From NCBI GenBank assembly GCA_046563655.1, contig CM102288.1, forward strand, positions 2,232,001 to 2,296,000: a stretch of DNA of 64,000 nt. Direction: 5' to 3'. A program made the position numbers and the translations under genes. Source of the stretch: Yuukianura sp. NJ FZ-2021. Lineage: Eukaryota. Positions within the stretch are counted from its first letter, which is position 1. Each line of letters begins with the position of its first letter. Below, piece after piece: positions 38,760-52,323 of the stretch. The notes beneath the pieces were generated by a model, which saw only the letters and a program-made list of their open reading frames with translations, did not search any database and was not told the DNA's origin.

Positions 38760-41700
38760 TCTTATGGGAAATTGCGTTGAAGCGAATCTGTCCATCCTAA
38801 TCTTAAGGACACACTCTGCCCCACATGGATCTTGTTCCTTACCACGAAAGCCAACATTTATTTGTTTTGTGCAAAAAGGTGTAGAAGTGGATGATTTTGT
38901 GTTCTTTGTTTTTGTGTAAAAAGAGAGATGTTAGGGTGTTTTGGAGCCTTAAGTTACGTTTTAGGTTGGTTGCATTAACCTAAGTTAGGTTATGGAGCTC
39001 TACACTTTTAAAGCTCTACTCACAGTTACGCTTCCGACACTGGGAGAAAGTCTTTGTAAGTTGAATTATTCATTTATTCCCGTTAGCTTTAGCACAAGGG
39101 AGGTGAAGCGAAGGCTGGAATCGCTGCTGCTGGGGGAGAAAAGGGAGAGGAAGGATTTAGTTTCCAGAAGAAGCGAGGATACGGAAGCACAAGGCAAATG
39201 AAATGAAGTGATTGATGAAGGGCCCTATGCTTATGGCTTTCTAGGTTATAGGCTTTTTACACTTGGGTTTTTTTGCCAGCAGGCCCTTATTCCTATTGTA
39301 GGGATTTTTTAAGGCTCAAAGGCCAACTTTTCCTAAATTACTTTTTATTAGACGGGGAAAGAGAGATGTGAAAATCAAATTTTTTGAAGTGATGGTTTTA
39401 GTAGCGAGACTAAGGGAGCTAATGCTAAGGCTGCCAAATGCTTTGACGCTTTTCAGCGATTATGAAAAAGTGGCAAATGAGATATGTTTGGAGTTGTGTG
39501 AAATGGAATTTGCGTGGTATAAGTTTTTATTCTGAAAAATGTGATTTTAGTCAATTATTGGGAAATTTTTTGTAGAAAATAAGTTGATGCGATGTACATG
39601 CGGGGAACAATAGGTTTTCCAATATCTAATTTTTCAATTTACCATTCAATGTTCAAATCGAAATTTTGAATTTTGAATTTTATTTTTTTGTTGTCTGTTA
39701 AAATCATGATGTTGAATTTTATAACTTGTTTTTCGAAAAATTGTGCGTGCAGGCCGTCAATCAACTCGAAACTTTGATTTTAGGTTTCGAATTTTTCGGG
39801 GTTCAAATTTTGAGATTTTTTGTGTGTCGTTAAAATTGTGCATTACAGTTGCATATTTTTGTGGATTTTGAATTCAGGATGAAAATTCTTGTTTTGGATT
39901 TACCAACCGTGGCAATTGAAAAAACAGATTTTTCGAACAGATTTTTTTAAAACAAGTTCGTTTTGAAAAGCTTTTTTAATGGCTTTGTGATACTTTGGTG
40001 TGGTGGGTTTGGTTGTACTTCGTTTTTAAAAAAGTTTTTTTTTGTGAATTGCATTAGAGTGAGAAATTTTGTACTGTTTGGAGTGTGGGATGATGATGAT
40101 GGTGAGTAATTGTGTTGTGGTGTGGTTATAATTTGGTGAGTCTGAGGTTGTTTTTAATGCTCAATTGACACGTATTATTAAGAGCTCTCTCTACTCTGAC
40201 TGCAGAGGGACTAAAACCTTTGAGCATTGTCTGTTTTAGCCAGTGTTACTGTTTTATTTTGAATCTCTCCCTGCCCAACTTTGTGTAGATGAAGACAAGA
40301 GGAAGATAAGCGCCCATTATCTTCATTACATCTTCTTATCCTGCCTATCTTTTAGCTTTTCCACTTCTACACTTAAGTACCCCTACACACCCAGCAACCA
40401 GCCAAGCAATAAGGAGGTCTTCATCTTCCTGGAATGTCAACTCCCTCAAAAAGAGTGCAAATTTGAGTAGTTGCAGGAAATGAAAGTTCGGAGTAGGAAA
40501 AGATACGAATCCAGAATTTGGAAATCCAATTTTTAGCAAAAAGGTTAATTTTTGGAGCGAAGGATTTTAGTTGTTTTTTTTCTGTTCCTAGCATAAGCCT
40601 TAAAAATCGTCTAAATTTTGGAGGCAGAAAAATTTGATAGGTCTGGACGCCGGTCAAACTAATTCTGAAATTAAGGCACGTGAAAACCTTTCTTTTTGTT
40701 TTAGTTACTTCTTCTACAGTATATATCATCATCGACAATTAATTTTTCTGTTTCTATTTGTATAAATTTTGTAATTTCAAAAAATAGTTTTTGTTTTGGT
40801 TTACTAATTTCAAGTCGAATTTATAACCTTGGAACGCTGTTTAAAGTGAGACTGTTTTGTGTACTACGTCTAAAAAATGTTGAATTGTTTTTTTTTTAAA
40901 TTGAAAGATTGAAACTTTTTTTTTTTTTTTTTGGAAAACTGAGATGACTTGATGCTTGTTTGCTGCATAAGGGAAGTTGGTTTGATGATGGGAGGCTTTG
41001 GAGGTGTTGGAATGATGAGAATTGGAGATTAGTTGTAGTTTGGATATTTTGGTTGGACTAGGATAGTAAGTGTGGATTTGGACTAAAGTGAGAAGGATGT
41101 GATGACAGGAAAAGTGTTGGAAACAGGATTTGGAGGGAGAGGTTTTGGACACGTATTTAGACACTTTTAGCATTACATAACGAACGTATAGTTTCTGGGA
41201 AAGTGACGCTTATGCTGTGTGGTAACTAGGAAACTATCAAACTTTGTTTCGTTTTATTGGAAAAGGCTACGAACTTTTTATATCTTGACACTTTTTGGTT
41301 GGTTTTCGTGTGCTGTTGCTGTTGAACGGAAAAGACATGAGAAGCAAGTGTAGTTTCAAGATTAAAGTTTCTTTTTTCTTACAACGGTACTTGAATGGAT
41401 TGGGGACATTAACTTTGGCGTTCCCTTGTTTCAAGTTTCAGAGTTCAGGTTTTGAATGTGACTTTAAGCAGGGTTTTGTAAGTTGCCTTTTATCTGTACC
41501 GCAAATCAGTAACTCATTCGTCATCTCCTCATCATCAACTCAGTTGCTTTAAAAGTTAAAGTAAATTGTACGAAGAAATAAAATTTCATAAGTATTAATT
41601 GCATACAGCATCGAAGAAAATACGGTTTTTCAAATTTTTGAAAAGTTTTCAACTGTAGTAACTTCTGTTTCAATTTGTGGTGCAATACATGTAAACTAAA

Positions 41701-44700
41701 TTGTAGTATGAGCAGAGAAAATTTTCAATTTTTGGAGAAAGTTTACAATTTGACGAGAAAGTTGATTTGTTGTTTTGGGAGAAAATTGGAGGAGAAATTT
41801 TGAAGTTTTTGGAGAACAAACTTATGGACAAAATTTTTTTTGGAGAACCTTGAAATTTTAAACTTTTTCGAAATGCTTACAATAATTGAAAATTATTTCG
41901 AAAAATTAATCAGTATGGGAGAGACAGAGAGTCCAAGAATAACTTTTGGAGAAAAGTGTTGAGTGGGACAAATTTTAAATTTTTGAGAACGGCGTTTTTG
42001 CGATGATTTTTTGTTCTTATTTTTTTTCATAAGTTAAATAAGTTGAAGTTACAACTGGTAGTAGTGTTTTTGTGTGTTTTGTGACTTCCGGTGGAGCAGT
42101 ATGAAAAGCTATGGTTGAATTGTGACGGTGGATTTGATGAGGGGAATAAAATGGGATTAGTTATTGGAATCTGTTGGAAAGTTTAAACGGGGAGCTACGG
42201 AGTTAGTAGCCTTTTCCCCTTGTGTGTCTCTGTTCTTTAGGTTAGGTTGAATAGAAAGGCCTAACCTAATGGAAAGTTGGTAGTCAAGGCAGGGAAAGGA
42301 AGGGGAGCTTTAGTCTCTGCCTAGAATCGATATCTGATGTCTTCTCCCGCACCGCTTTTTCGGAGAATGGAGCCTATACTAGAGACGGGTAGCTCCAGAG
42401 GTTAGTTCTAAACTTCCAACCTCGTTTCCCTGCCTTTCCTACAATACGACGACGGAACTTGAACCAACGGCGGACGAAGAGTCAGTGGCAAGGGGAGAAA
42501 ATTGTTAGAGATAGAGTGAAACCATTAAAAGTAAATGACTGATACTGACTGGGGCGCTGCTGGGCTTCTTACTTCTTGTGGTCTTGGTCCAGAAGAGGTC
42601 TTGGGATCAGTGTCGCACAAATTTACTTTGGGTTTTGTTTGAAAGTGACTGGAGAAAGTTGGGTTTTTAAAAAGTAATGTTTCCTAGAATGAATTTGGAA
42701 AGTGATGAAGTGGAGAGAGAAAGTCGCCGCAGGGCATGAACTTTGACCATAGGGCAGAGAGGTGCAATGTGCAATAAAGTTAAATTTTGAAGTTTTCGAA
42801 ATTTCGGTGAAAAGGAAAATTTTTGAAAATTTGAGACTAAATGAACTGGGAATTTAGATCTTCTTGTTTTTGTGTTCTTTGTTGGTGAATACCCTAACTT
42901 TGGTCAAATAAACTAGTGTTGCAGTTTAATTTGTTTTATAAGCGAACGGAGTTGAACTTTGCAAATTTTCGACATTTTGAAAAATAAAATTCGAATGCAG
43001 GACAAAATGTTGATTTTTTTTTAATTTGTGAATTTGTTGTAGTGAAGTTTGGTTTTTGAGTTGTTGTGTCATAAAAGTGTCAATGGGAATTGACTGTTGC
43101 TTTAAAAACGTAATATGAGGAGGATGAGAGTTGTTAATTGCAATTTATAATTTGCGAGTACCATAACTCTGAAGTTAATTGCAGGAATTAAGTGCTTGTA
43201 AGTGGATATTGAGTGTGTTAAGTTGAGTTAAATGTGATTTGGATTGAAATGATTGAGTTGGTAGTTGTGTGAGTGTTGGATTCCTTGGGAAGTTGAAGAA
43301 ATTGTGCTATGTCGGGGTCTTTGCAACTCTTTTCTTCTATTCTTCATCTGTGAAGATGTTTTAGGGATGATATTAGGAGAGAGATGCGAAGTTAGGAGAG
43401 GATCTGATGTCATGGTTGGAAGCATAGCCACAAGCTCTGAGTCTTCTTTATTTTTATGATTATCAAACATCCGGTCCATCTCTGCTTTCTACAGACTAGT
43501 GCTATAGTGGTTATGTTCTAATGGTTTTGTGAGCTCTCACCATAACCTTATCAACTCTCCAACAACCATTAACCTCACGAACCGCAAGGTTTGTGTCACA
43601 ACTTAAGGTCATGAGCGATTCAACCGATTTTTAGAAACGACCACTCTTGAGAAGCGAATTCGAAGCGACAGTGGAGGTCAATCCATGAGGAACGAAAAAA
43701 AAGTGATTCTGAGGAGAGTTGCATAGAGTTTTGGAAGCAGATGCTGCCTTTGAAATTGTTCAGTTTCAGTTTCAGTTTCTACGTTCTTCTGAGCGTGTGA
43801 GTAAAAAGTTGAAAATGAAAATGTAAAATTAAACTTTACTAAAAACTGAAACTGGCATTAGCTGGGACGGTTAGGAGACTCGGTGAACGAAAAAAGTTAA
43901 ATTTCGTGATAATAAAATTCAATGAAAAGTTAAATGGCTCGGAACTGTCACAGAAAACTGAATTTTTGAGAAGCGAAGAAAGTTGCAGCTAAAATGAAAA
44001 TTTAGTTACAAGTTGCAAGTATTTAGGTTACAAAAAAATGATGAATTTATTGTGGAAACTGATTTTTTGATGGTTTTTAACGAAGAGTTTTGTCGAATTT
44101 CAGTTTCCAAAATTCTTTGTGATAAACACCGTTCACCAGATTTCTTAAATTTTGAATAGTAATTTCTAAAATCCAAATGCTCAGTTCGCGTTCATTGTTG
44201 TGCTCTGTTTTGCCATTGGTTTAGAATTGGTATTACGTGTTTGGATGAAATTTTAAATTTTGAAATTTTGTAGTTTAGAAATTTTGAAAAGCAGGAGTAG
44301 AAGAAGTGTTGCGTTTTTTGGAAATAAAAAGGAAGTGGTTCGTGTTTGGTGTATTAAGAATGGATGCTGTAGGCAGAGTGAAGGCAGGTGATTTTGAAAG
44401 TACAAGAGAGATTCAGAGTCACGTTTTCCTTGGCCAAAATTGTTTGAGGCAGTTTTTTTGCAGAAGCACTTACATTTTAGTCTGTACTCAGAGAATCATC
44501 ATCTACTTTGTGCTAGTAAGTAGTTTCTTGGTTACTAGTCTCAGGATCTCATCACACAACGATCAACAAAGCTCAAAGAGCACCGTTCGTTTCTGGTTAT
44601 GCTATGCTTCCAAACTAAAAGTCTTTGTCTTCTTCCTCCGAGCCACCGATTGTCATTCCAAAAGCATAGAGTAACTTTGACTTTTCAGTTGGCTTTGGCT

Positions 44701-47700
44701 TCACATGACACTTGAAAAAACGGAAGAGGGGAGATACTGGAAAAAAAAATTTCATGAGGTTTCCAGATTTCTTGGAAAAATATTGCTAGGAAACGAAAGT
44801 CGTTTCGAAGGAAATGTGGAAAAGATCATCGGTTATGTTTGAAAAGTACCAAATTGCCCCAATTTTGATTTTGTTAGTCTAATAATAACACCTAACATGA
44901 TCGTGATCTTTGACCTTAGATAAAGTGAGCATGTTAACCTAATGTAACATAAAGTTGTCAATTTCTGGCAAAGACGCTGCTGGATGTTCAATTTTCAAAG
45001 GTTTTTTGTTCCCTTTTTGAATATTTTGTTGAATGTGTCAAAAAGTTTTTGAAACGAGGTCAATTTTCAGTTTTTTGAAAAGAGGAATGAAGGATTTTGT
45101 GCTTTGATGTTTTTGATGTTGGAAATTTTGTGAAAGTGAGATTTTTGACATTTGAGTGGAACAGGAAATGGTTATAGATCAACTTATGGAGTAGCTGGTA
45201 CTTTACTTTCGAAAATTTTTTTGCAAGAAATGAAAATCAGGCGTAAGCTGTTAAAGCTGAAATTTTTGGATATTTCCTCTCCAGATGCGTTTGGTTTTAC
45301 GGGTAGCTGAAAAAGCTATGCTATTCCTAACATGTGCTTAATGCTTAGACTTTTTTGTGAAATAGTAAGACTTTTTTGTATTAGTTTAAGCTGCTGGAAT
45401 CTCGTCTGCCTTTTGGTCTCTCTCCGTTTTATGATTTTTGGCAGGAGGTTACTGCTGTAGAAAGGCTTGGAGCAGAAGAAGTGTGTTGGCTTTGAGTTCT
45501 TTTTGGCTTTGGCTTCAAGGACTAGTACTTGGAGTTGGACATTTTGTTCAAGTTAGTCAACCTCGGCAAAGGAAAAGTCTAACTCTGGTTTCTTGTGGAA
45601 GAGACCCTGGGACTGAGGACTTAGGAGACTGAAGGATTTATGTCCTAATGACCTCAAGGGCAGGGCACTTCTAGGATCCTCTGATTACTTGACTTTCTCT
45701 TAATTGCTTTCCAATTACTTTGGAAATGGGCATTTCCACTGGAATGAGAGGTCAGGCGTGGCATAAGGTCAACAGCCAGTGTGCTACACTTTAACACTAA
45801 TTTCGACGTCGAAAATTTTAAAAGTGTGGGAAAACTTGGACAGATTCAGATTTAGGTAAGTTTGCGATGTAAGACTTTCACGTTTTGAGCTTTTAGTTTT
45901 ACAGGAATATGTAAATTAGTGGCAAATTGTAATTTGTAATTGCTAGCTGTTGAGCTGTTTTAGGATTAAGTTAGGCTGGATTAAGTTTGTGTTAGGTTAT
46001 GGATAATAGCCTAACTTAAGCTTGAGTTATGGTAGTTAGGTTGCTAGGTTATCGTTGGAAGGCTGACTTTGGTGTATAAGCGTCACTGGATCGTGACGGA
46101 AGAAGAAGTTTGGTGAGGGGGACTTGAACCGTTGCTAGGCGACTGACATGGGAGAACAAGGCGGAACTGGTGGTGGGAAAATTTTTTACGTTAGGTTGGT
46201 TTGACTCAAGTTTCTGTCTGGGAGTGTGTATGCCTTTGGTGAATTTATTCTGTTGGTGGGTGGTGGTGGGTTTGAGAGATCATGTTTTTCCAATTAATGA
46301 CGCAGACGAAACTTAAAATGTAACCAACTAGTAGTATTTGATGGTCCAGACTTGAGTTGTGGTGAGGGTTATTTGAAACTGATGGAAGAGGAAGAATAAC
46401 AATTGGATTTTGTCTCTGAGCTTAATGAAGTTGTAAAATTTGGAAAGTTTTGCTAGATTTATGGCGTCAAAACTTGAGCAGCAATCGTGCAGGGAAAAGG
46501 GAATGAAATTATTGAACGTTAGGCTTCATTAGGCGAGCGAAATTAATGTAAAATTTGGGGGGAAAAATGTGGTTTAGCTGTGATGTTTTTTTTTTGGTGT
46601 ATTTAGGAAATAGTACGTTTTTGAACGAAATTTTCAACCTCGAAGAGTCCTCTATAAATTTTTCGGCTGTGCTTAAATTGGAAATTTTAATATTTGCACT
46701 ATTGATTACATTACACAAAGAAAAGAAAGCTTAGTTCTTTGTTAAAAAAAGAACTCCTGGATGTGGAGCCTTCTTGACTTAATAAGGCTATTGAAAACAC
46801 TTTTTTAGTTTTTTTCTTTAAAAAAGGGCCCTTAATACAACCATTTTCTGCTCATTTTTAAAAAGTTTTTTTTTGAAAGGACCTACATTTTCTTTCATGC
46901 CTTTCGGATTGAAGTTACAAGGGGTAAACGCACCTTCTTTTTTAAGGTTTAGGCTTCTTTTCTAAGAAAGAAAAAAAAACCCACTTTCAAAAAAATGTTT
47001 GGTGGTCTTTTTGAGGTAAAAGAGAACTTTTTGAGAGTTGTGGATGGAATTCGGGGCTAAAAGGAATTGATTGAAAGGCTATGGAAGCTTAAGTGGCTGG
47101 TGATTGGTAAAGATGACTTTGAAAATTCTTTGTGCTCGTCATCACGTCAGGATTTGCATTTTTTGAGGAATAGGAAAAGAGAGAGGGAGATCAAGGACGG
47201 GAAAATAAGGCTAGGCCTAGAAAGTGAGATGATGGAGAAAATGGAATGTCTTTGACGTTTTTCGGAGAGAGGGAAAATTTTGAAAGGATTTTTGGATTTT
47301 TCGGGGGCATATGGACGGAACTTTTGTGTTTTAAAAGGGGGAGAGAATTTTGAAGCTGCTCTGCATATGGGATCCATTTGGATTTCTTTATGAAAAGAGA
47401 AAGTTGAGTCTGAATTTTATGAGTGTAGGTTAGGTTACGGTAAAACTTCGAATAGATCCTGGAGTTGAATAAGCGCCGTGCTTTCTTTAAACGGCTGCTG
47501 GAGGTGAAAGTTGAGGTTTTAATAAATGCCTGTGCGTTTATGAGAAGTTTTACGGTAGAGGAAAAACAAGAAGAAAGTCGGAGATGGAAATTAGAAGGAA
47601 GGGAAAGTCTGAGGCCTTAGTTTCCGCTTTAGTTTCTAGGAGAAAGTGAGGAGATTAGAAGATTGCACACAATTTGGAAAGGAAGAAAGAAAGCTTAGAG

Positions 47701-50700
47701 CTTGGCGCTGAAAAGCTGTGCTGGAGTAGTAAAAGCTGCTCTGAATTTCTGTCCTGTCACGACGCTTTCTTTCTTTTTTCCGTTGGAACTGGACTTTCAC
47801 TGGCTCCAAAAACAGTTTTTTGGGTAGCGCTTTCTCCTTTGCTTGTCTGTTGAAATTGACATGGAGAGAGGAGGACGTCAAGTGTCATTCATGACTTGAA
47901 GTTCCAACCACGATGACTACCACACCAGTCTATGTAGTAAACCACTTTGACTAGGATAGACAGATTGAGAGTGGTTCAATCAACCTAGAGTTGGACCTAA
48001 TCGAGAACCTTGTGGGTGCTAAGGCCAGCCTAACTTTGGCTATGGGTGCTCCGAGTAGCCTTAAGTTTAGGTTTTTAGAGACAGAAACCTAATTGAAAGT
48101 GAAGGTAAGAAGATGGAGAGAAAGCGAGAAGAGGATTGGAGAAAGCAGATGCGACCACGGAGAGATGAAAATAGAACTGGAATTGTTTGTTTACCATTTG
48201 GGGTAATGTGAAATTGGAAATGGAACAAATGTCGTCTTTAGTAAAAATTGGAAATATTTTGGAAATTTTAAGATTTCGTCGGAACTAGAAAGTCCAACTG
48301 ACTTGCTTTCTTAAGATTTTTGTGATTTTGGAAACTCGGTTTTTAGTGAAAGTTTTTGGTTGAGAGAATTCCATCGTTTTCGATATTTTTAGTTTTCTTT
48401 TTTAAATATTTTTTTTGTTTCTGTTGACTAATTTGATGTAGCTGGTGGGTTGGTAGACTAAAATTTTGAATTTTTTTGGAAATGTTTTGAAAATTTTTGT
48501 TATGTAGTAGTTTAGTTTTTTTGATAATTTTGATTATTTTTGCAAGGAATTTAAAAATTTGCTGGAATATGGATTGATTTCGGGTAGGTTTGGACTGCGT
48601 TTTGTGGGTTTTTGAGCTTGGGCGTAATTGAAATGATTTGGATCAATATGAGAAGTAACTGTAGAGTAGAGGGGGACTGGTATTTTTTTTGTGGAAGGGC
48701 TCTGCCTTGGTTGTTAACAATTGTTGAGCCTTGGAAGAAGGGAGAGATGGTTTGTGACGTAAAAGGTCAGAGGGGGCCCTTGGCAAAGGGGAGAGGGAGA
48801 GCAGAGCATGGAGAAATTAGAAATAAAAGTGTTGTTCCATATGTCGCCTTTTTCTTGCACGAGGGATAGGCAGTTTAGGCTTACAAACAATCCTTGCTCT
48901 CCTAGCTGTGTTTCTTGATGCAGAATGAGTTTTGTAGCATGTTGCATTTTTGATTTCTGGACTAAAGTTATTCAAAATGTAATTTAAATGAGAAATTTTG
49001 AAAAGAGAATTTTGAGAGGCCAGTTTTGGAGAATTTTGGGTTGAACTTTTTGCTTTGCGGAGAATTTCGATCAGTGTTTTAGTTTTTTCTGGAATTTTTA
49101 GTTTTGGTTTAGTTGCGGAGAATTTTTAGTTTTCGCAGAATTTTGAGTCCTGCTTCAGTTTTCAAAGACTTTGAACTTTGGTTCAGTTTCGCAGAATTTT
49201 GAACTTTGGCTGAATTTGCAGAATATTTCGTTCCAGTTTTCAAGGAATTTTGAAGGCAAAGTAACGTGAAAGAACAGTTTTACAATTTTCGAGTGAGCTT
49301 TCGTTTTCAACAGAATTTTGTTTTCAGTTTCAGAGAATTGTGAATTTTGTGTTCTGTTTTGAGAGATTTTTGAAGGAAAAGTGTAACTGCGACTGAGCGA
49401 GAGAAGTATAAACTGGAAAGAAGCCTTTTCTCGTTTTCTTGTTGGAGAAATAGGATTTTGTGTTGTGTTGAACTTCAGGTTTTGTTGAATTTGAACACAA
49501 GCGCCTTCGGAAGTGGATTGAAGTGGGAAAGGGAAGGCTAAAAGTAAAGAGAAACGAGAAGGCACTTGAAGGTGATTAAGGATTCTAATCAGCCAAACCA
49601 CTTTGGGAAAGACGACAAAAAAAACTGTGTATTTTCTCTCTGAACTTCGACCGGTTAGTGAATGGATGGTCATTAATGTTTCTATTATAAAGAAAATTTT
49701 TTAATACGAATTCTCAAAAGTTTGCACGAATTGTTGCAAAACGCACGAAAAATCGGAACGGTTGTGCAAATTTTGGCATTAATCCTTTGAAAATCGACGT
49801 TTCATAAGTGTAACAATAAGTAATCAGTGGGTTTGGAACAAAAAAATTGAATTTTTTTTCTTTCGATGGAAGGCCCCCTCCCTTCAAAACAGCAAAAAGG
49901 GGGGCTCTTGCACCAAAAAAAATTCTTGGCAGAAAACGATTGGAAATTGCTTGAAACGCCGTAAAACGTGAAAAAGACAAAAAAAATTTGGAAAAATTTG
50001 TCAAAGTAAACGTTTCTTGTGTGGATCCGAAAAATTATGGATCTAATTTGAATTTCAAATTTTGAAGATTTGAAAACAAAATTTTTTTGTTGGCTAATTA
50101 CACGTTTCATAGTGTAACAATACGTTAAAAAATTGTGATTCGAATTGGGTGATGCTTTCTTCTTTCCGTTTCCATTCTGTTTCTTGTCAGATCCTGCTTA
50201 ATTGTTGGCATTATTGATTTTTGAAACCTGAAAATGTTGTTTGCATATTTTTTTTTGATTTTTTTTTGAAAAGCTGATGATTTTGTTGGAAGTTGAGCTG
50301 GGTTGAGCGTGGCTGTGTTTGATTGTTCTATTGTTTTGGTTGTCTTTTGTTTTGAATGACTGAAGGAAGAAGGAGGTTTGGAGGATAGGTTAAAATGCTG
50401 ACTCTCTGCATTTCGTTTCTTTTGTAAAGGTTTTGGCTGTTGTACGGGTTTGGTTGGTTTGGCCTGTGCCTTGTGCAGTAGTGAATGTGTTGAAGGTTTT
50501 TGTGGTGTAACTGTTTGTGCTGTGTTAATTCCTGGGCTGTGGGACTGAGTTTGACGGTGGTTCTGGTTGGTGGTAGGGAATATAAATGGTTTTACTTTCT
50601 CAAAATCTTTCCTCTGAGGATGAAGAAGAAGAAGAAAGGGAAGCGGAGATGCAGAGGAAGACAATGGAATAGGATTCTTCCTTTGGCATCCATTCCTGTA

Positions 50701-52323
50701 GCTTAGAACCACAAGGAACGACGATTTCCAGCTACGAGTTCAAGCCCAGGAGCAATGTACGGAGGAGAGAAAAAATGGAGCGCATGGTGTTTATAATACT
50801 TTTAACAACTTTTATTAAGTACAGAACGAGCAGTGGAATTCAAAAAACGGAATTATTTTGGTCGTTTCCTCGTTTCTGTCTAATTTCACTCAAAATGGAA
50901 TGCTTTCATGCTAGTCACCACTCACCAATGAGAAAGTTGAAAAGAAGTTGAATTTTTAGAAAGAAAGTTAACTCTACAGGGAATTGAAAGAAAAAGAGAA
51001 AATAAAAACGAAAAAGTCGAAAAACTTAAGCACGAGCTCATCTTTTGAAGTGTGAGAAGAATTTTGAATTTCATTGACAAATTAGGAAGATTGCAAAATT
51101 GAATTTTTGAGACAAAATTTTGTGATTTTTTTTGGTGCTGCAGCTACGGTGGTGTAAAAGTTTGCAAAGAATTTCTCGGCTTGATGACGAAAATTGTGGT
51201 TTTATTCTTCAATTTTTGGATTTCGAAATAGGGATTTTTTTTTAAAAAACTTAGTTTGTAGGACTTTGTAGAATATTGTATCTAAGTAAGTTTGTTTTTT
51301 TGAAAAGTAGTTTGTAACGGGTGTTTTGTGTTAGGTTTGTGCCTAGTTTGGAATGTGTTTGCCCTTGTATTTTGTTATTCTGGTGGTAAAGTGATGTCAG
51401 AGTTAATCTAACCGATGATTTGTTTTTATTTTCATAGAAGACTCCCTACGAACGGAATATTTTCAAAGGAAGGAAGAAAGTTTGGAAAGAAGAAAGTGAA
51501 GAAGGCGCTTGACATTTTGAACACGCCGAAGGAAACGAAGGAGCTTTTGGTCTGGAACGCTCCGAGTTTTCTGCGCTTTCTTTAGTTTTGACTTTGGAAG
51601 GAGCAGCGTCAGAAGCAGCAGCCAGCACAATCTTCCAGCCTCCAGCAGCACAAGAAGAAAAAGTCCAACGCTGGAAGAAAGAAAGAAAGTGGTTGGTTGG
51701 TGGTGGTGCTGAAAATCAAAAAAAGAGAAGAAAAGTGGAATGAAATGAAACGGAAAAAAATACAAGAATAGAAACGGTCCAAGGATAAAAGTCTCTTCTG
51801 ATTCGTTTTACTTTTTTGAAAGTAAACTTTGTGCAGCAACTACAACGGAAAGTAACAGTGTGTAAGTGTGCTGTATCACAAGAAAAATAAAGTTTGGTGG
51901 AAGATCTAATGCCGCTTTTTCCATTCTTCAAGTGAACTTCCACTTCCGGTTGTTCTTCTGAACCACAAATAACATAAGGAAATTCTGCCATTTTCAGGAA
52001 TTTCGGAAAGACGACGACGGAGGAACTGAAAACTGAAAAGTTTATCAAAAAAGCAGAAGTCGACGCAGACGCTTCGAGTTTTTTGAAAAACCGTGCACGA
52101 CTCTCCCAGTTTTTCGAAAACTGACGCCGACACTCCGAGTTTTGCGAAATCGTTGTTACATTTTTTTGGAGTTTTGGAACATATTGTGAATTTTTGAAGA
52201 AAAGTTGTGAAGTTTTTGACTTTTGCTGGACACAACAAATGCAACTGACGAACTTAACTTTGGTGACGATCGAAACGATACCTCAAGCGGTCCTTGTTGC
52301 TGGATCCGCACAGAATCGTCAGC

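Noticed and set aside
37747..51839. Numerous 60-195 aa ORFs, mostly on the minus strand
   Set aside because: By-products of compositional skew (K/Q/T/F/S-rich), with no domains or consistent exon structure.
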